Below, in pieces: positions 40,351 through 54,464 of a DNA stretch of 64,000 nucleotides (position 1 is the stretch's first letter; each line of letters opens with the position of its first letter). A model generated the notes under the pieces. The model made no database searches. It was not told where the DNA came from and was given only the letters and a program-made list of their open reading frames with translations. Where the stretch lies: NCBI GenBank assembly GCA_051294375.1, contig CM119266.1, positions 5,631,053 to 5,695,052 on the forward strand, written 5' to 3'. The DNA comes from Paraspadella gotoi. Taxonomy: Eukaryota > Animalia > Chaetognatha. The position numbers and the translations under genes were made by a program.

Positions 40351-41129
40351 GAGAGAGACCAAAGAGAAACACAAAGAAAAGGTGGGAAAACAGGAATCTA
40401 GAGAGAGGCAGATGTTACATTGGAGAGAAAAGAGAAATTTACAAAAGACAGACAAAACAGACAAGACAGACAAGAAACTCAACATAAAAACGAGAAAAAG
40501 TAATAAAATGTTAATCAGAATACAAAATCTCTGATAATCTTATTCTATTTCTTGGGGCGGATGAAGGAGTCGGTCGAGGGTAAGTTTCAGCGTCGTCGGG
40601 TCGGTTAACTCACTCTCTCTTTTAGACTTACCACTTTGCCACAATATGATCAACAAAATTAGCAACACTCTCGTCGTCGTCGTCGTCGTCGTCGTCGCTA
40701 CTGGCACAACACACGCAAACCAAATCTCAACCCGACCACTCATCGCCACATTTGCTCACTCCCTGCCATATCTGACCACTCCCTGCCCCCAAAGACCACT
40801 TATAAACTCTTCTCGCCACCTCTGACCGCTCTCTGTCACTTTGGACCTTTCCCCGCCACCTCCAACCACTCCTTGCAACCTCTGACTACTCTCCGCCACA
40901 TTTGTCCACTCCCGGCCACCTCCGACCACTTTCCGCCGCCTCCGCCGCAGCACACCGCCGCCGCCGCCGCAGCACCACGCCGCCGCCCCACTCCGCCGCC
41001 ATTAATAACGGTGCCATCTCGGCGAATTTCGCCGCCGTCGACTCGACACGAAAAAAGATGTAGAACACGGCATCTTGTTACCAGAGGACACGAAGGTCGA
41101 TGCTGAGAAATACATCAAAATCGAAGGGA

Positions 41130-41352
41130 AAAAGATGGCAATGCCGTCGGCAGGTGGCAAATTGAGGGGGGGGGAAGATGGTAAGATGGCAGTCGAATGG
41201 CGATGCCGTCGGCAGGTGGCAAATTGGGGGGGGGCGTAGATGGTAAGATGATAAATGCTGTGCTGTGGCGATGCTGTAGACAGGTGGCAAATTTAAGGGG
41301 GTAGATTGTGAGATGGCATTTGGATTTCTATGCCAGTCGACAGATGGCAAAT
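41130..41352. repeat. Degenerate ~60-bp repeat rich in CAGGTGGCA/AGATGGCA (mirror ~32720-32945)
   Basis: ATGCCGTCGGCAGGTGGCAAATTG occurs twice, followed by further CAGGTGGCAAATT and CAGATGGCAAAT copies. Confidence 0.7.
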
Positions 41353-41521
41353 AAGGGGATAATATGCCCTATGCCGATGGATTGATATCATCATGACACC
41401 TAACAAAATGTTAAACAGAGGTTACAATGATATTTTAAGTGATGAAGAAAATTATGATGACAGTAATAAAAAGAATTTCAGACTCTCAGAGCAACAAAAA
41501 GAAGGAAAACTCAAAGCCACT

Positions 41522-41760
41522 TAGAATGTCAGGGAAAAATAGAATGTTCAATAGAATGTTAAACCAAAACTACTAAGAGTGTGAAGCAGGAAAACGCAAG
41601 GGTGCTTACTGCTAAGTGTAGTGTAGTGTACTGTATTGTAGTGTAGAATGTCCAAACCTGAACTAATGAGAATGTCAAGCCGAAACTCCTTAGAATGTCA
41701 AGTAGGAAAACCCAATGCAACTTAGAATGTCAAACCTGAACTACTGAGAATGTCAAACTT
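41522..41760. repeat. Degenerate minisatellite built on AGAATGT(CAA) (mirror ~32298-32545)
   Basis: About 8 AGAATGT copies; the last five are spaced 23-32 bp apart. Confidence 0.75.
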
Positions 41761-42194
41761 AGAGAAAAACCCAGAATGGACCCTGAGTGACAGCGAAGAT
41801 TTGACTGCGACTTCGGTTTTGGTCGGAGAAAAACATGACTCCTAGGGGGCGACGGCGGCGGCGACATCGTCGGCGGGAGATCGACTCTTTCTAAAAAATG
41901 GAAAGACGGATAAACTGACAGGACGGACAACAACGGAAAGACGGGAATCATGTTCGAAGATGAGGACGACGACGACGATGAAGACGACGACGATGATGAT
42001 GACGAAGATGCAGACGACGACGACGATGATGATGACGACGACAACATTTCTCATTTTCTTCGTCAAATTTGTTGTCAGTTTGAAACAAAAAAAAAAATTG
42101 AGGGCAAAATTTTTTTTAGGAAATTGCATATCTAAGATGGCAAATGAAATGAGTAAATGAGTAAACCAACAAACAAGTAAATGAAAGAACTCAC

Positions 42195-42292
42195 GAATGA
42201 ACGAACGGACGAACGAACGAACGAACGAACGAACGAACGAACGAACGAACGAACGAACGAACGAACGAATGAATGAATGAATGAACTAATGA
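42195..42292. repeat. Compound (GAAC)n-(GAAT)n microsatellite
   Basis: Read directly. Confidence 0.95.
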
Positions 42293-42422
42293 ACCAACTG
42301 AAACGAAGAGCAAATATTTTGAAACAAGAATTTCATTCTTTTCTCTTTTCCACGAGAGATTGAAACATCTTCTACTTGACCGCGTCTCTCTCTCTCTCTC
42401 TATCTCTTCCTCTCTCTCTCTA

Positions 42423-42458
<36 letters not shown>

Positions 42459-43560
42459 ACTCTCTCTCTCTCTCTCTCAACTCACGCAAAATATTCTTTT
42501 TTCGCGCCTCGACCAACGCACGCCGCCATAATTTCTCCGACGCATTTTGCTCAGGACCAAATTTACCTTAACCCTCTTTTCATCTCTTTCGACCACCTAC
42601 CTCTTACTTGCCTCACCCCTGAAGCACCCCCATCCCTACCCTACTCCACAGTGCCTATAATTCAACGTTCGTTCCCCCAAAAGCGATTTTTCTCCCCTTT
42701 TCCCTCTTCCCCTCTTCCCGCGGCGTTTTCTCATTTCATAATAAAAAGTTTCCACTTCTGGTAATTTGATTCGTGTCTCTGTCTCTGTTTCTCTTTTCTT
42801 TTATTTCCTGTCCCCCCTCGCCCCCTTCCACCTCCACCTTCCCCCACTTTCCTTGTCACTCTGCCTTTTCCCAATTCCACCCCCCACCGTACCCCGCCAG
42901 CTAAAACAATTGAATTCCTTTTTTTTTCAATTCGCGAGAATAAATTTCTTGATAATTCGATCAAGCGCCTGTTTAATCCCAATTAATGAAAAAAAATTAT
43001 TTTTTTTATTTTAAAATATAATTTATAATATTAACTATTATTTATTAATTAATTTTTAATTAATTATTAACTACTAAATTATATATGTATTTAAGATTCT
43101 TTTTTATTAATTTTATAAATATTATTTATTTAAAAAAAAAAATAATTTTAAATTTATGATGCATTAAAACTTGTTTAATAAATGTTTAACAATATAACAA
43201 TTTTGTTATTCAATTATTAAATTTTACTTATAAAAAATTAATAAAATTTAATAAATTTTTATTTTAAAATATAAAAACCACAACTTTAAAATTTTAATAA
43301 AATAATATTTAACCAATCTTTGAAAAATTATGTAATAATATAATATAAAAGCTTATTAAATTTAATTAATTTTTATAGTAAAATAAATAACATATGCAAA
43401 ACCAAGCGCTTAATCGAAACGATAGAAACTCAAAAAAAAAAAAATTTCGACTCTAAAATGAAGTCGTTGATTTGAATTCGTTTTTCGTCGAATTGACAGA
43501 AATCGAATTTTCGTCGGCGATTTTCTCGACCAAAAGAACAACTCGACCGAAAAAAAGGAA

Positions 43561-43612
43561 GAGAACAGGAGAACAGGAGAACAGGAGAACAGGAGAACAA
43601 GAGAACAGGAGG
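43561..43612. repeat. 10-bp tandem repeat (GAGAACAGGA) x5
   Basis: Read directly. Confidence 0.9.
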
Positions 43613-45718
43613 AGGACGAGAGGGGAGGAAACTAATCTCGGGCGGCGGCCGGAGGCGGCGGCGGCAGCGGCGGCGGCGGCGACGGCTGCCAAATCACCGG
43701 CGTCGTAAATGAACCCGAAGAAGAAACAGCGTCGCAAAATATTGTTCTCTTCGGTTTCAAGAGCAAAAAAAAGATAGGAAGTCGGGAATTTTCGGAGGCA
43801 GTGCCTGTACCTTGTCTTGATTACCTTAATTTAAGTCCCCGCCGCTCGAGCGAGTCCGCCCGACCTTCGCCTCGTCATATCCTTTTTCGCAGCCCATACC
43901 TTAACTTACTTTTTCTTCTTTTTTTGTTTTTCCCCAAAATCAATTTTCTTCTTTCATTTTTTTTTATAGGCATATCAACTTGTCAGCTGCATCTGGATAG
44001 CTTCGCCTTAACAGTGACTATTATCCCTTCCTTTTATTTTCTTCCTTTCCTTAATATCATATTTTCCTACTTCTTTTCCCCCATCCTTTCTTTTTCTCCT
44101 TCCTCCCTTCCTTCCTTTTCTTCTACTTTCTGCTCTTGCTCCTTCTCTTTCCTTTCCTCCGTTTTCTTCCCTTCCTCCTTCTTTCCTTTTTCTTCCTCCC
44201 TTCTCTTTCCTCCTTTATTTACATTTTTTCCTTCCTCCTTTCCTTTTCTCCTTTCCTTCCTTCTTTCCTCCTCCATTCCTCGTTCCTCTTCTCCCTTTTA
44301 TTTTATTCAATATTTCCTCCGCTCCTCCTTTTCCTTTCTTTCCTCCCTTTTCTTTCTTTTCCTCTCTTTCCTTTCCTCCTCTTCTCCTTCTGACAGGTGG
44401 TCGACTTTGTCCAAAACGTCAAACTCGAAAGCAGATATACATATTCCTTTCGCCCTTCGCCCAAAAATAAGATCCTCCGCTTGTTTTACAATGTTTTCTT
44501 TATTAGAAGCATAAATTTTTTGGCCGCAAGACAAAAAAAAGGGAAAGAATAATACTGCCTCTTTCCACGCTCATTCTAATCCGAACATATCTATATTCAT
44601 CCTAGACTTCTCGTTTATATAGTTCATAACACGGATTGAATAATACGAATCAGGTACTGTAGTTAACCCGTTTAAAGCTGGCGCTAACAATATCAAAGTT
44701 TTTTTTTCTTATCATTTTAATTTTGAATATAATCTTCGTAATCATGACATAATGATAACCAGGACGAAAATCCCGAGTTGAACCCGGACAGCAGACGCCG
44801 AGAGAGGAGAAAACTGTCAAACATCGCCGAACCCCCATGTTGTGTTCCACTTGTTTTCTACACCATCCAATCCTCATCAGAGGGCAGCACATCCCAAACT
44901 CGACCCTTTCCCCAACAACTCTAATTTCTATAGTCACGCCTCCCGATCCCTTCATAATCATCACTCAGAAACAACCATTCTACCCCAGTGGGTCGTCCGC
45001 AAACCAAACCACCCCAACTGCCCGTCGAGCTCCATTCCCAGCCCCCCTCCATGTCCCGCCCCATCATCTTAAACTACCGTTGAACTTTTCTTCGTTTATT
45101 CGGGGAAAATCTTCGTTGTATCCGGTTTTTCCCCCCCTGACTTCGTTATGAGCGGAAATCGGTCGAGCGGAAAAGAACGCACGACATTTTGAGATCGAAG
45201 GATCGAAAAGGGAGGGAGAGAGGGAGGGAGAGAAAGGGAGAGGGAGGGAGGAAAGGGAGAGAAAGAGGAAGGGAAGAGGGAGAGGGAAAGATAGAGAAAG
45301 GGAGAGGGAGAGAGAGGGAGGGAGGAGTGGGAGAGAAAGAGGAAAGGGGAGAGTGGGAGAGGAAAGAAGAGAGCGTCTTAGGTACACGAGGCAATGCCGG
45401 TTACCTGGCGTTACATTTACATATATCGTGGCGGCGGCGGCAGGTGAAGCATCCGCTGAAAGTTGACGAGTATGACAACCGATCGGGAGGAAAAGAAGGA
45501 AATTTTGAGCCGATGAACGAGTTTTACTGACGAATCGTGGTATCTGAAACCATCGAACTAAGTAATGAGTGGATTCGTGGTACGAGGAACTAACGAACTG
45601 ATGAGGTTTAAAGATAATTAAGAGAAAATCTAAGACTTATCAAGTTCTATTTAAACAAGGATACAGAATGAAAAATTCAGACCGAATATCCTGCTGGATT
45701 TCATTGCTTGCATTGTAT

Positions 45719-45804
<86 letters not shown>

Positions 45805-45933
45805 TCCTTTCGCGACGCTAAGTAAATTAGCCCCAAATTAAATGATTAGCCGTGCGGTAGTGATTAACCTTCGGTGGTCTCCTTTTTACCTTTTCATCCT
45901 TCCTGACTTTCTTATCCGCCCATCCCGCCCCTC

Positions 45934-46021
<88 letters not shown>

Positions 46022-46398
46022 GTTGCTCGTGCGTTTAACAAAACTTGTTTTTATAGTTGAATAGGACAATTTTTTTTCGTATGTTTTCTTTTGTATATTT
46101 TCAAATGTCAAGAAAGCAAGGATCAGGAAAAATTGATAAAACCTGAATTAATTGTATAAATGTAAAAGGTACATCATACCCACAAACAGTTTTTACTCAA
46201 ATTGACTACCTGTGACGAAGATACAAGCTCCCTAAAAAAAACTTGCTCAAATTTAACAAATAAAATTTAACAAACAAACTCCAAAATTGTAACGTATTAT
46301 TGATTTTATAAGCCCAGTTTATAAAAACTAACTTCCGAAAGATCTCTCTCCAAAAAACTTCAATTCAAAATCTCTCGCCAAGGATGAAAAAAAAAAAA

Positions 46399-48207
46399 NN
46401 NNNNNNNNNNNNNNNNNNNNNNNNNNNNNNNNNNNNNNNNNNNNNNNNNNNNNNNNNNNNNNNNNNNNNNNNNNNNNNNNNNNNNNNNNNNNNNNNNNNN
46501 NNNNNNNNNNNNNNNNNNNNNNNNNNNNNNNNNNNNNNNNNNNNNNNNNNNNNNNNNNNNNNNNNNNNNNNNNNNNNNNNNNNNNNNNNNNNNNNNNNNN
46601 NNNNNNNNNNNNNNNNNNNNNNNNNNNNNNNNNNNNNNNNNNNNNNNNNNNNNNNNNNNNNNNNNNNNNNNNNNNNNNNNNNNNNNNNNNNNNNNNNNNN
46701 NNNNNNNNNNNNNNNNNNNNNNNNNNNNNNNNNNNNNNNNNNNNNNNNNNNNNNNNNNNNNNNNNNNNNNNNNNNNNNNNNNNNNNNNNNNNNNNNNNNN
46801 NNNNNNNNNNNNNNNNNNNNNNNNNNNNNNNNNNNNNNNNNNNNNNNNNNNNNNNNNNNNNNNNNNNNNNNNNNNNNNNNNNNNNNNNNNNNNNNNNNNN
46901 NNNNNNNNNNNNNNNNNNNNNNNNNNNNNNNNNNNNNNNNNNNNNNNNNNNNNNNNNNNNNNNNNNNNNNNNNNNNNNNNNNNNNNNNNNNNNNNNNNNT
47001 TTGGAGGACAATGACCACGAGTCCCCGATTCCTCTTCTTTCCTCTCTCGCCTTTTCGTCGCAAACGGAGACCGAATTAGACGAATCGGTTTTAAAATTAA
47101 ATACAAGAAAGAAAAATCATTAAATCTTCGCTCAAAACATTCAATTAATACTTTTTTTTTTATCTCTACTAATCTCGTTTTAACTTTTACCTCGCGTAAA
47201 TTACCAGTTTTACAATTGTATCTGTCAGAGCGAGACAGAGAGAGACAGCGAAGCGAGACAGAGACAGAGACGGGTGAGCTTTCTCAATTCGTCCGCGTTG
47301 ATCTTATCTCTCGTCGCGTCGTCGGATTTAAATCGGGAAAAGACGTCGATTATTTCAATCTCATTTGCATATAGCAGTAATATAATTTTTATAAAGTTTT
47401 GAAGTTTTCTAATAAACCGTATTTAATTGTTAACTCCTTTTGCAATTAATATTTAAATACTAAAGAGAAAAAGTTACTCTTGTCTTTTAATAAACTTTTT
47501 TACATTTTATAGCATTTTTCTTTTAAGAAATCTGGTGTTTAATATTTGGGTGCCATAAAATAGTTATTGAACATAAAAAATAATATAAAGCCTAAAAAAA
47601 AAATATAATTACGCCAACAGCAATAATATAAATAAGCGAAAAATCATAAACTCTGATTTAAACTTAGCAGGCCGTGTGCCAGATCTGGCCAAATTTCAGA
47701 CCGTTTTACCAGAAAAACATTTATTTGGCATGTTGCATACAATCTNNNNNNNNNNTTACGCCAACAGCAATGATACAAATAAGCGAAGAATCATAAACTC
47801 TGATTAAAACTTAGCAGGCCGTGTGCCAGAAAAACATTTATTTGGCATGTAGCATACAATCTGGCATCTTAAAAATGTGAAAAAAAATTATAAAGTTTTC
47901 TCATTTACAGCATTTGACAANNNNNNNNNNNNNNNNNNNNNNNNNNNNNNNNNNNNNNNNNNNNNNNNNNNNNNNNNNNNNNNNNNNNNNNNNNNNNNNN
48001 NNNNNNNNNNNNNNNNNNNNNNNNNNNNNNNNNNNNNNNNNNNNNNNNNNNNNNNNNNNNNNNNNNNNNNNNNNNNNNNNNNNNNNNNNNNNNNNNNNNN
48101 NNNNNNNNNNNNNNNNNNNNNNNNNNNNNNNNNNNNNNNNNNNNNNNNNNNNNNNNNNNNNNNNNNNNNNNNNNNNNNNNNNNNNNNNNNNNNNNNNNNN
48201 NNNNNNN
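46399..48207. other. Assembly gaps (46399-46999, 47746-47755, 47921-48207) with a ~110-bp duplication across the 10-N gap
   Basis: TTACGCCAACAGCAAT...TTATTTGGCATG..GCATACAATCT occurs at ~47629-47745 and ~47756-47862; the second copy lacks ~30 bp. Confidence 0.93.
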
Positions 48208-48509
48208 CCTCGCTCCCTCTCGTCAGGTACATCGCTGGCATGTGTGGCCCTTTATAAATTTTAATAAAAGGTTTACGATTGAGAATTTGAGACAAAGAAT
48301 CTTTGTGTCCGTCCGACTTTTCCGTTTTCTTCGTCGTCGTCGTCGTCTTCTGGCGCCACACCGCCTCGAGCAAAACCACGTCGTCGTCGTCGTCGTCGTC
48401 ATCATCATCATCGTTGTCATCGTCGCCGACATAATCATTTTCATAGCCTTGTCGTCGTAATAAGAATATTTCTCTTTTCTCATTCTGGGAGATAAAACAA
48501 ATGATAAGA

Positions 48510-48547
<38 letters not shown>

Positions 48548-48879
48548 CTCTAAAACATAAATTAAGAGCCGTAAATACATGTAATTGCGAATCGTAATTG
48601 GGATTTAATTCCGGTCGAATTCGCCGCCGACGACGGGAGCAGAGAACGAGAGAGACAGAGACAAAGTCATGAAAGGGAGGGAGACAGAGAGTTGTAAAGC
48701 AGTTATATAAAGAGAGATAAGATGAGATTGAAAATGAGAAAAAGAGAAAACAGAATAGAGAGAGAGAAGTCAGTTTAGGTAAGAAGACGGAGAAAAATCG
48801 AGAAATGAGGATCGAGACAAGTTAAGTCAAGAACATAAAAAACAATACGTAGTTAGATATTGATAAAGACTGTCTAATG

Positions 48880-48942
48880 AGTGTCTACAGAGTGTATAGA
48901 GTGTCTAGTGTATAGTCTAGTCCAGTGTATAGAGTGTCTATA
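48880..48942. repeat. Degenerate (AGTGTATAG/AGTGTCTAG)n minisatellite
   Basis: Read directly. Confidence 0.75.
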
Positions 48943-50293
48943 TCAAGGATATACTGCTACAATATTTCGCAAGTCAACAGTGCCACTTTCTGTCTCTCCG
49001 CCCTTAGTTCCTTTGCCAAAGAAATCAAATATCTTACCGTGGCGAAGTTTTGGGTCAACTGGAACGACAGGCTTGCGCGGAATAGGGTCAAAATAGTTCA
49101 TAGCTAAACGTTAAAGAAGACGTGACTTCATAGAAAGTGTGGCAAGAGATTGAGGAAGTCTCGGATTGAGACAAAGGGATAAAGCTTGGTGTTTAAATGT
49201 TCAAATTACCTAAAATTTAAGCTAAACCTGAACAGAGACGAACTAATTTTCAGTCATAGCGGAAATTGCTTTTGAGAATTTAAAATTTACTACCTCATCG
49301 AACAATGGAACTTCGGCTTTTCAAAAGAGATCGACATTGTTAAATAACAAGCATGAAATTAATTATCTCAGCCTGAGGCCTCTTGTTAAAAGTCTCTTAA
49401 TTAAGTTTAAAGTATAATTATTTCTCAAAAAATTGTTTTTTGATTGGAAAAAACTTAAAAAAAAATAAATCTGCTCAGCGTGCTAAACAACTGCGCGCCG
49501 ACTTTCGCCAAGACCCGACGTGCTCTCGTCCGCCGCCCGCCGCCGCCGCCGCCGCCTATCCACTCTTGACTTTCCTTTTTATCTCCGACAAAATCTCGTC
49601 TGATTAGAGAAGAGAGACGAGGCAGCGGCGCCAACATACGGCGGCGGTGGCGGCAGCACCGGCCGACAATCAACCGACAGGGTGGGCAAACGTCGGTCTC
49701 TACCACTCACCCACCAACAGACCACTCTCCCTATGGACTTAACCACCACCGTCGATTACGGAGAAAACATAAATCAATACATTAACAGAAAAAAAGTTAC
49801 AAACGTAAATCACTAAAACGTTTTACACTCAATTTACTTCTGATTCGGCGACCAATTGTCGTGCTAACTTACCTCCCCTCCTTACCTTCCCCCCCTCTTA
49901 AAACCAAATCGGGATTGAGGTTTCTGAATCCTCGATTCCATCCCTCATTTTCCACTTGAAATCGGCGCCGACGGTTTTTTCGTTTCGGGTAAGTTATTCG
50001 GGGTAAGTCCGACGGCCCGAGTCGGCGCCGGGGACCTGTTTCCTTTTTTTTAGTCTCTATTTTTGGCGGCGGTGGCGGCGGCAGCGGCTCGACGAGTGGC
50101 GCCGCCGAAAAAAAAAGTTAATCGAGCGGCGTTAAAGAGCCGGAACGTCGGAACTGGATGGGAGATCGAGGAGATAGAGATCGAGACACTGTCTCTCTCT
50201 CTCAAGCGCGTCTCGCTCTCTCTTTGCTTCTTCTCGGGATCAGAACAAGGTTATGAACGAGAGAGAGAGAGAGAGAGAGAGAGGAGGAGAGAG

Positions 50294-50332
<39 letters not shown>

Positions 50333-50414
50333 AGAAGAGAGAGAGAGAGAGAGAGAGCGGAGGAGAGATGGAAGCGATAAGAGGAAGGTTATGAGAGGAG
50401 AGAGAGAGAGAGAG

Positions 50415-50446
<32 letters not shown>

Positions 50447-53400
50447 GAATTAAGCGTTCGTCATCGCTCCAGTTTCGAAGAGACAAATTGCTCTTCGTTG
50501 TCTCCCAATTAACTTTTTATGTCGATTACGAACGAAAAGGTTTTTTTTTCTCAAGTAGAGAAGTTTCGATTTCAGAAAAAAAAACTCTGGCATCGTCTCT
50601 CTCTCTCTGTTTTAAAAGAGAAGATAAAACTAAAACCGCTTCATCAATGACACCGCATCGAGTGTTTTTAGTCACGAAAAGATTTTGTCATTTCGATTTT
50701 TGATTTAGAGTTCCTCTGGAGGTAAGGGATGATTGAAACCGAACCTATGTTTCTTATAGTTAAATTAATGGTTAGGGCAATTTTACAGTTGGAGTTTGAT
50801 TCTGAATTTTTTTTATGTCATTATAACTTCCAGTGGAAATAGGGAAACTAAATTGAGCGAATTAATTATTGCGCAAACCCCATGAAATAAATATAATTTT
50901 TTTCCTCAAACGATTCACATAAAAGATGACTACATTAACTTACAATAATTCCCAATAATAACTATAGCTTCAGATCCCTGGCACCAAAATTACACTTGTT
51001 GAATTACTTATATTAAAAGAAAGTTAATATTTAGTAGATCATCTCGGAATGATAGCAACGCCTTTTGTTTATATATTGATCACCTATGTCTTAGGCTATG
51101 AATCAGATCGACAGCACCAATTAGGTGACCTCTTGTGATCAAGTCAATGTTATTAAGATTCTTTTGGTTCTTTCTCATTCAAGACCTGTTCCTATCAAAT
51201 GATTAACGGTGCCAGGGTACCCACAAAAATAACCTACATAACAATACTAATACTGAGGATGCATTGCATTGCATTCCAATTTGCATTTTTGTTTCTTCTT
51301 TGCTTCGACCAAACCGAATTCGCGGATCCTTCAGACTCTGCCGACTCTGCCGACCCCGAGGCGTGTCTTTAAATGGCATCTACGCTCGAACATTTCGTCG
51401 GAATTCGTCTCCACACACAAACGCACACACAAAGAGTCTCTTAGTTTTTCTTCCTCCTCCCGATTTCGTTGCTTCTCGGATTTTCTGAGTTCAAACTCGA
51501 GTTTCGCCCAAAACTGACGACTCGTCGCGAAAAGGTGGGGGGGAGGAGGGTGGGTGGGGTGGGTTTAAGGGGAAGGAGGGGGGTTAAGATGGAGGACGGT
51601 GGGGAAAGTTGGTTTGAAAATTGAGGTAAGTTGGTTAAAGAATATTAACTTCAATCTTAACTCGGTAAGATTGGATAGACAAGTATAGAATATACAATGG
51701 AGTTAATTGATTTAAATGGTAATAGAATTGTTGATAAGTCGAAATGAATGGTTGGACCAAGAATAATAAACAGGTTGGTAGGAGAATATAAGGAACTAAT
51801 TGCGTGAAAAATGATCAAAATTTGGATTCAAAACAGTATCAAATAGTCATCGAATGAATCTTAAGTGGCATCAGAGGGAGCAGGTAATATTGGAAAATGG
51901 AGGAGCACAAGAAATATGTACCGGAGGAGAGACGGACAAATTGTGAGTGGTTGGAAAACAGAGGACGATTGGATGATGGAATGTCGGTGCCATAAGAAGG
52001 ATGGAAAAAAAAGGGGGGGAAAAACAAGGGATGAAGAGGAGCGATTGAAAAAAGAAAACAAGGGAGAGAAACACGAAGGGAGGCGAAAAGAAGATTCGGA
52101 TTTTGAACAAATTTAGCGACGGGGGGCAAGAATTAAGTCCCGGGCGACGACGACGGCCAGGAGAGAGAGTCATGGTTTTGTTTGAAGTTAAGGATGAAGT
52201 CGAAAACGTCAATCTCTGCGTCGATGTACGGGCTAAGGGCAGGACTTGGGACGTGCTGCTTTAAACTAAATCATCTGTCTAATAGAGAAATAATATTTTA
52301 ACTAACTGATTTGATATTTTAGATCTTAGCCTTAAATACGGAAATGCTGTTTGTGCAAAAACAACATTTTTCTACTTCTTGGAAAAAAAATATGAAAAAA
52401 ATTGCCGACTTCAAGCTGATGACAAAAAAAGTGATTTTTTTTTTATTTCGAAAATTGGATAAATTGAAAAGAAGAGAGCGAGAAGAACAAACGTTTAGCG
52501 GAGCCGTGAGATTTAGTGATTGGAGTAGAAAAGCTCTGTCTCTGTGTGTGTCTCTCTGTCGCTCGCTAAGAGTCTCACCCCTCACTGTCTCCCTCTCTGT
52601 CTACCCCCGCTGCTCTCCCGTCGACTCCCCCGCCGCCCCGACGTCGGCCACACACAAAGTCCGGCCGGGGGCAAAGATAACGACAACAACGAGAGTTTAC
52701 TAACGCATATAAAATATATATTTAAACGAAATCATAATTTATAAACATAGAAAAAAATTTTCTAAAATTATATACTTTCTATTATTAAAAAAAAATTTAA
52801 AAATCATAGTGCGATTTTAGTCATTTTTTATTTTAATTGTTAAATAATATTGACATTAATATTGTGTTCCTAATATTTTGAATTAAATTAAATTGAATTA
52901 TTTGAAAATAAATACTAACGAGAAATCGACCATCTTTCTTTAATCTCACGATTAAAAGCCTTATTTTTTTATAAATCATTAGAAAGAATAAAAGCTAATT
53001 TATTTTTTTTTAAATCGGGTCGCTCTTCGTAAATATTACAATTAAATTCGCTTGACGTTCGGAGAAACTTAACGACTTTGACCCTCATTAGTTTTGTGAA
53101 CATCAACTACGCGATGTACCAACTTTTTTTTTCTTCTTCTAGTAAAACTGACTTGTGTGAATTTTGACACATTTTTTGGGGGATGAAAATAATTTGTAAT
53201 AATCTTTATTGGATTAAAAAATATAAAAACGACGCGAAGTTCAACAAAAAGAGGAGGGGAGAGAAAAAGCGAAAGGGGATGATAATTATGCGTAATATTC
53301 CTTAATTAGAATTCTTCTTTTTTAAGAGTGAACGTTAATTCTTTTCAACAAATTAAAGAAACTCCGGGGTGTTCTAATTTCGTACGGGTAGACACGTGCA

Positions 53401-54464
53401 TTGCGAAAATAAACATCGAGAAAAAAACGCGGGTTAAATTAGAAATTCGTCAAACCAGCGACACACGATGGTCGGCGTCGTCGTTGTTGTTGTCGTCGAA
53501 TCTTCTTCGTCCTCCAGCGTCACTCGCTCTCCTTTCTTCTCGCTCTCTCTCCCTCCGTTCGTCTCTCGCTCTCTCTTCTCCGTCCGCCGGTTGACCGGAT
53601 TGTCTTCTTTTGCCGGAAGATCTGAGACTTCGACGTTTGGATCTGATTGGAAGGAAAGCGAAGCCTGAGCAGATGGTTGAATGTTGAGGGACGAGATTGC
53701 ATTAAGTTTCATTGAAATCAATGGGTTCAAAGGAGAAGATACAAATGAACAAATCATTTTCAGAGAAAAAAACAACGGTAACTTAAAAGGGAGTAAACCT
53801 TATTAAAAATAACAATGCGATTCAAAACTATTTGGGTCACGATCAAGGTAAGTTCAAGAGTTGTTAAGGTTGTTGTTGTTGTCGTTGTCACCAAACTGAA
53901 AACATTTTTCCGTTATTTGGCATCGTAACCTAAACCGGCACAATTTAATTTTTGATTCCTTAAATTTAAACCAACTTTTTCGTTTTAGCGTCGGAGAAGG
54001 AAAACTCCGCGTCTCCGAACCCGGATGAGTCGTAAGATGGCGTGGAGTCCAAATTAGGCGTAGCGTCCAAGATGGCGTCCTCCGTCAAAGTGAAATCCCA
54101 GAGATAGGAGGACGTGGTGGGAGACGTTAAGGTCGAGTCGCCTTGATTCGTCTGGAAAATTTTATCACGTGACATTTTTTAAAGATTTTACTTAATTTTT
54201 AATCATTACAAATACTAATTGCTAAATTCTCAATTAGGTGATATTTGAAAATATTAAAAACATTTATATTCTCGGCAATTATCTTAAATAGCTTCGACTT
54301 GGCAGAAGACCCATGTAATTTTCGAGATATTTTTGATAATTTTTTTTGGTCAATAAAAACGAGAAAGAGAAGAAGTATCTGATCATTGTGGCATTCGTAT
54401 CCTCAAAGCCCTCAACTCTCACACGATCCAAAAGAGATCGGTGATCCGTGAAGACCCTCTCGAC

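Noticed and set aside
41522-41760. CRISPR-like repeat-spacer array
   Set aside because: The core is only ~9 nt, spacing is irregular, the context is eukaryotic and there are no cas genes.
43472-43737. Poly-Ala ORFs (also 50063-50380) suggestive of a transcription-factor exon
   Set aside because: They are short, bounded by stops or microsatellites, and contain no DNA-binding domain.
53434-54175. Two minus-strand ORFs with plausible Ser/Thr/Asp-rich composition
   Set aside because: No recognisable domain or convincing splice boundaries, and part of the sequence is (CT)n/(GTC)n derived.
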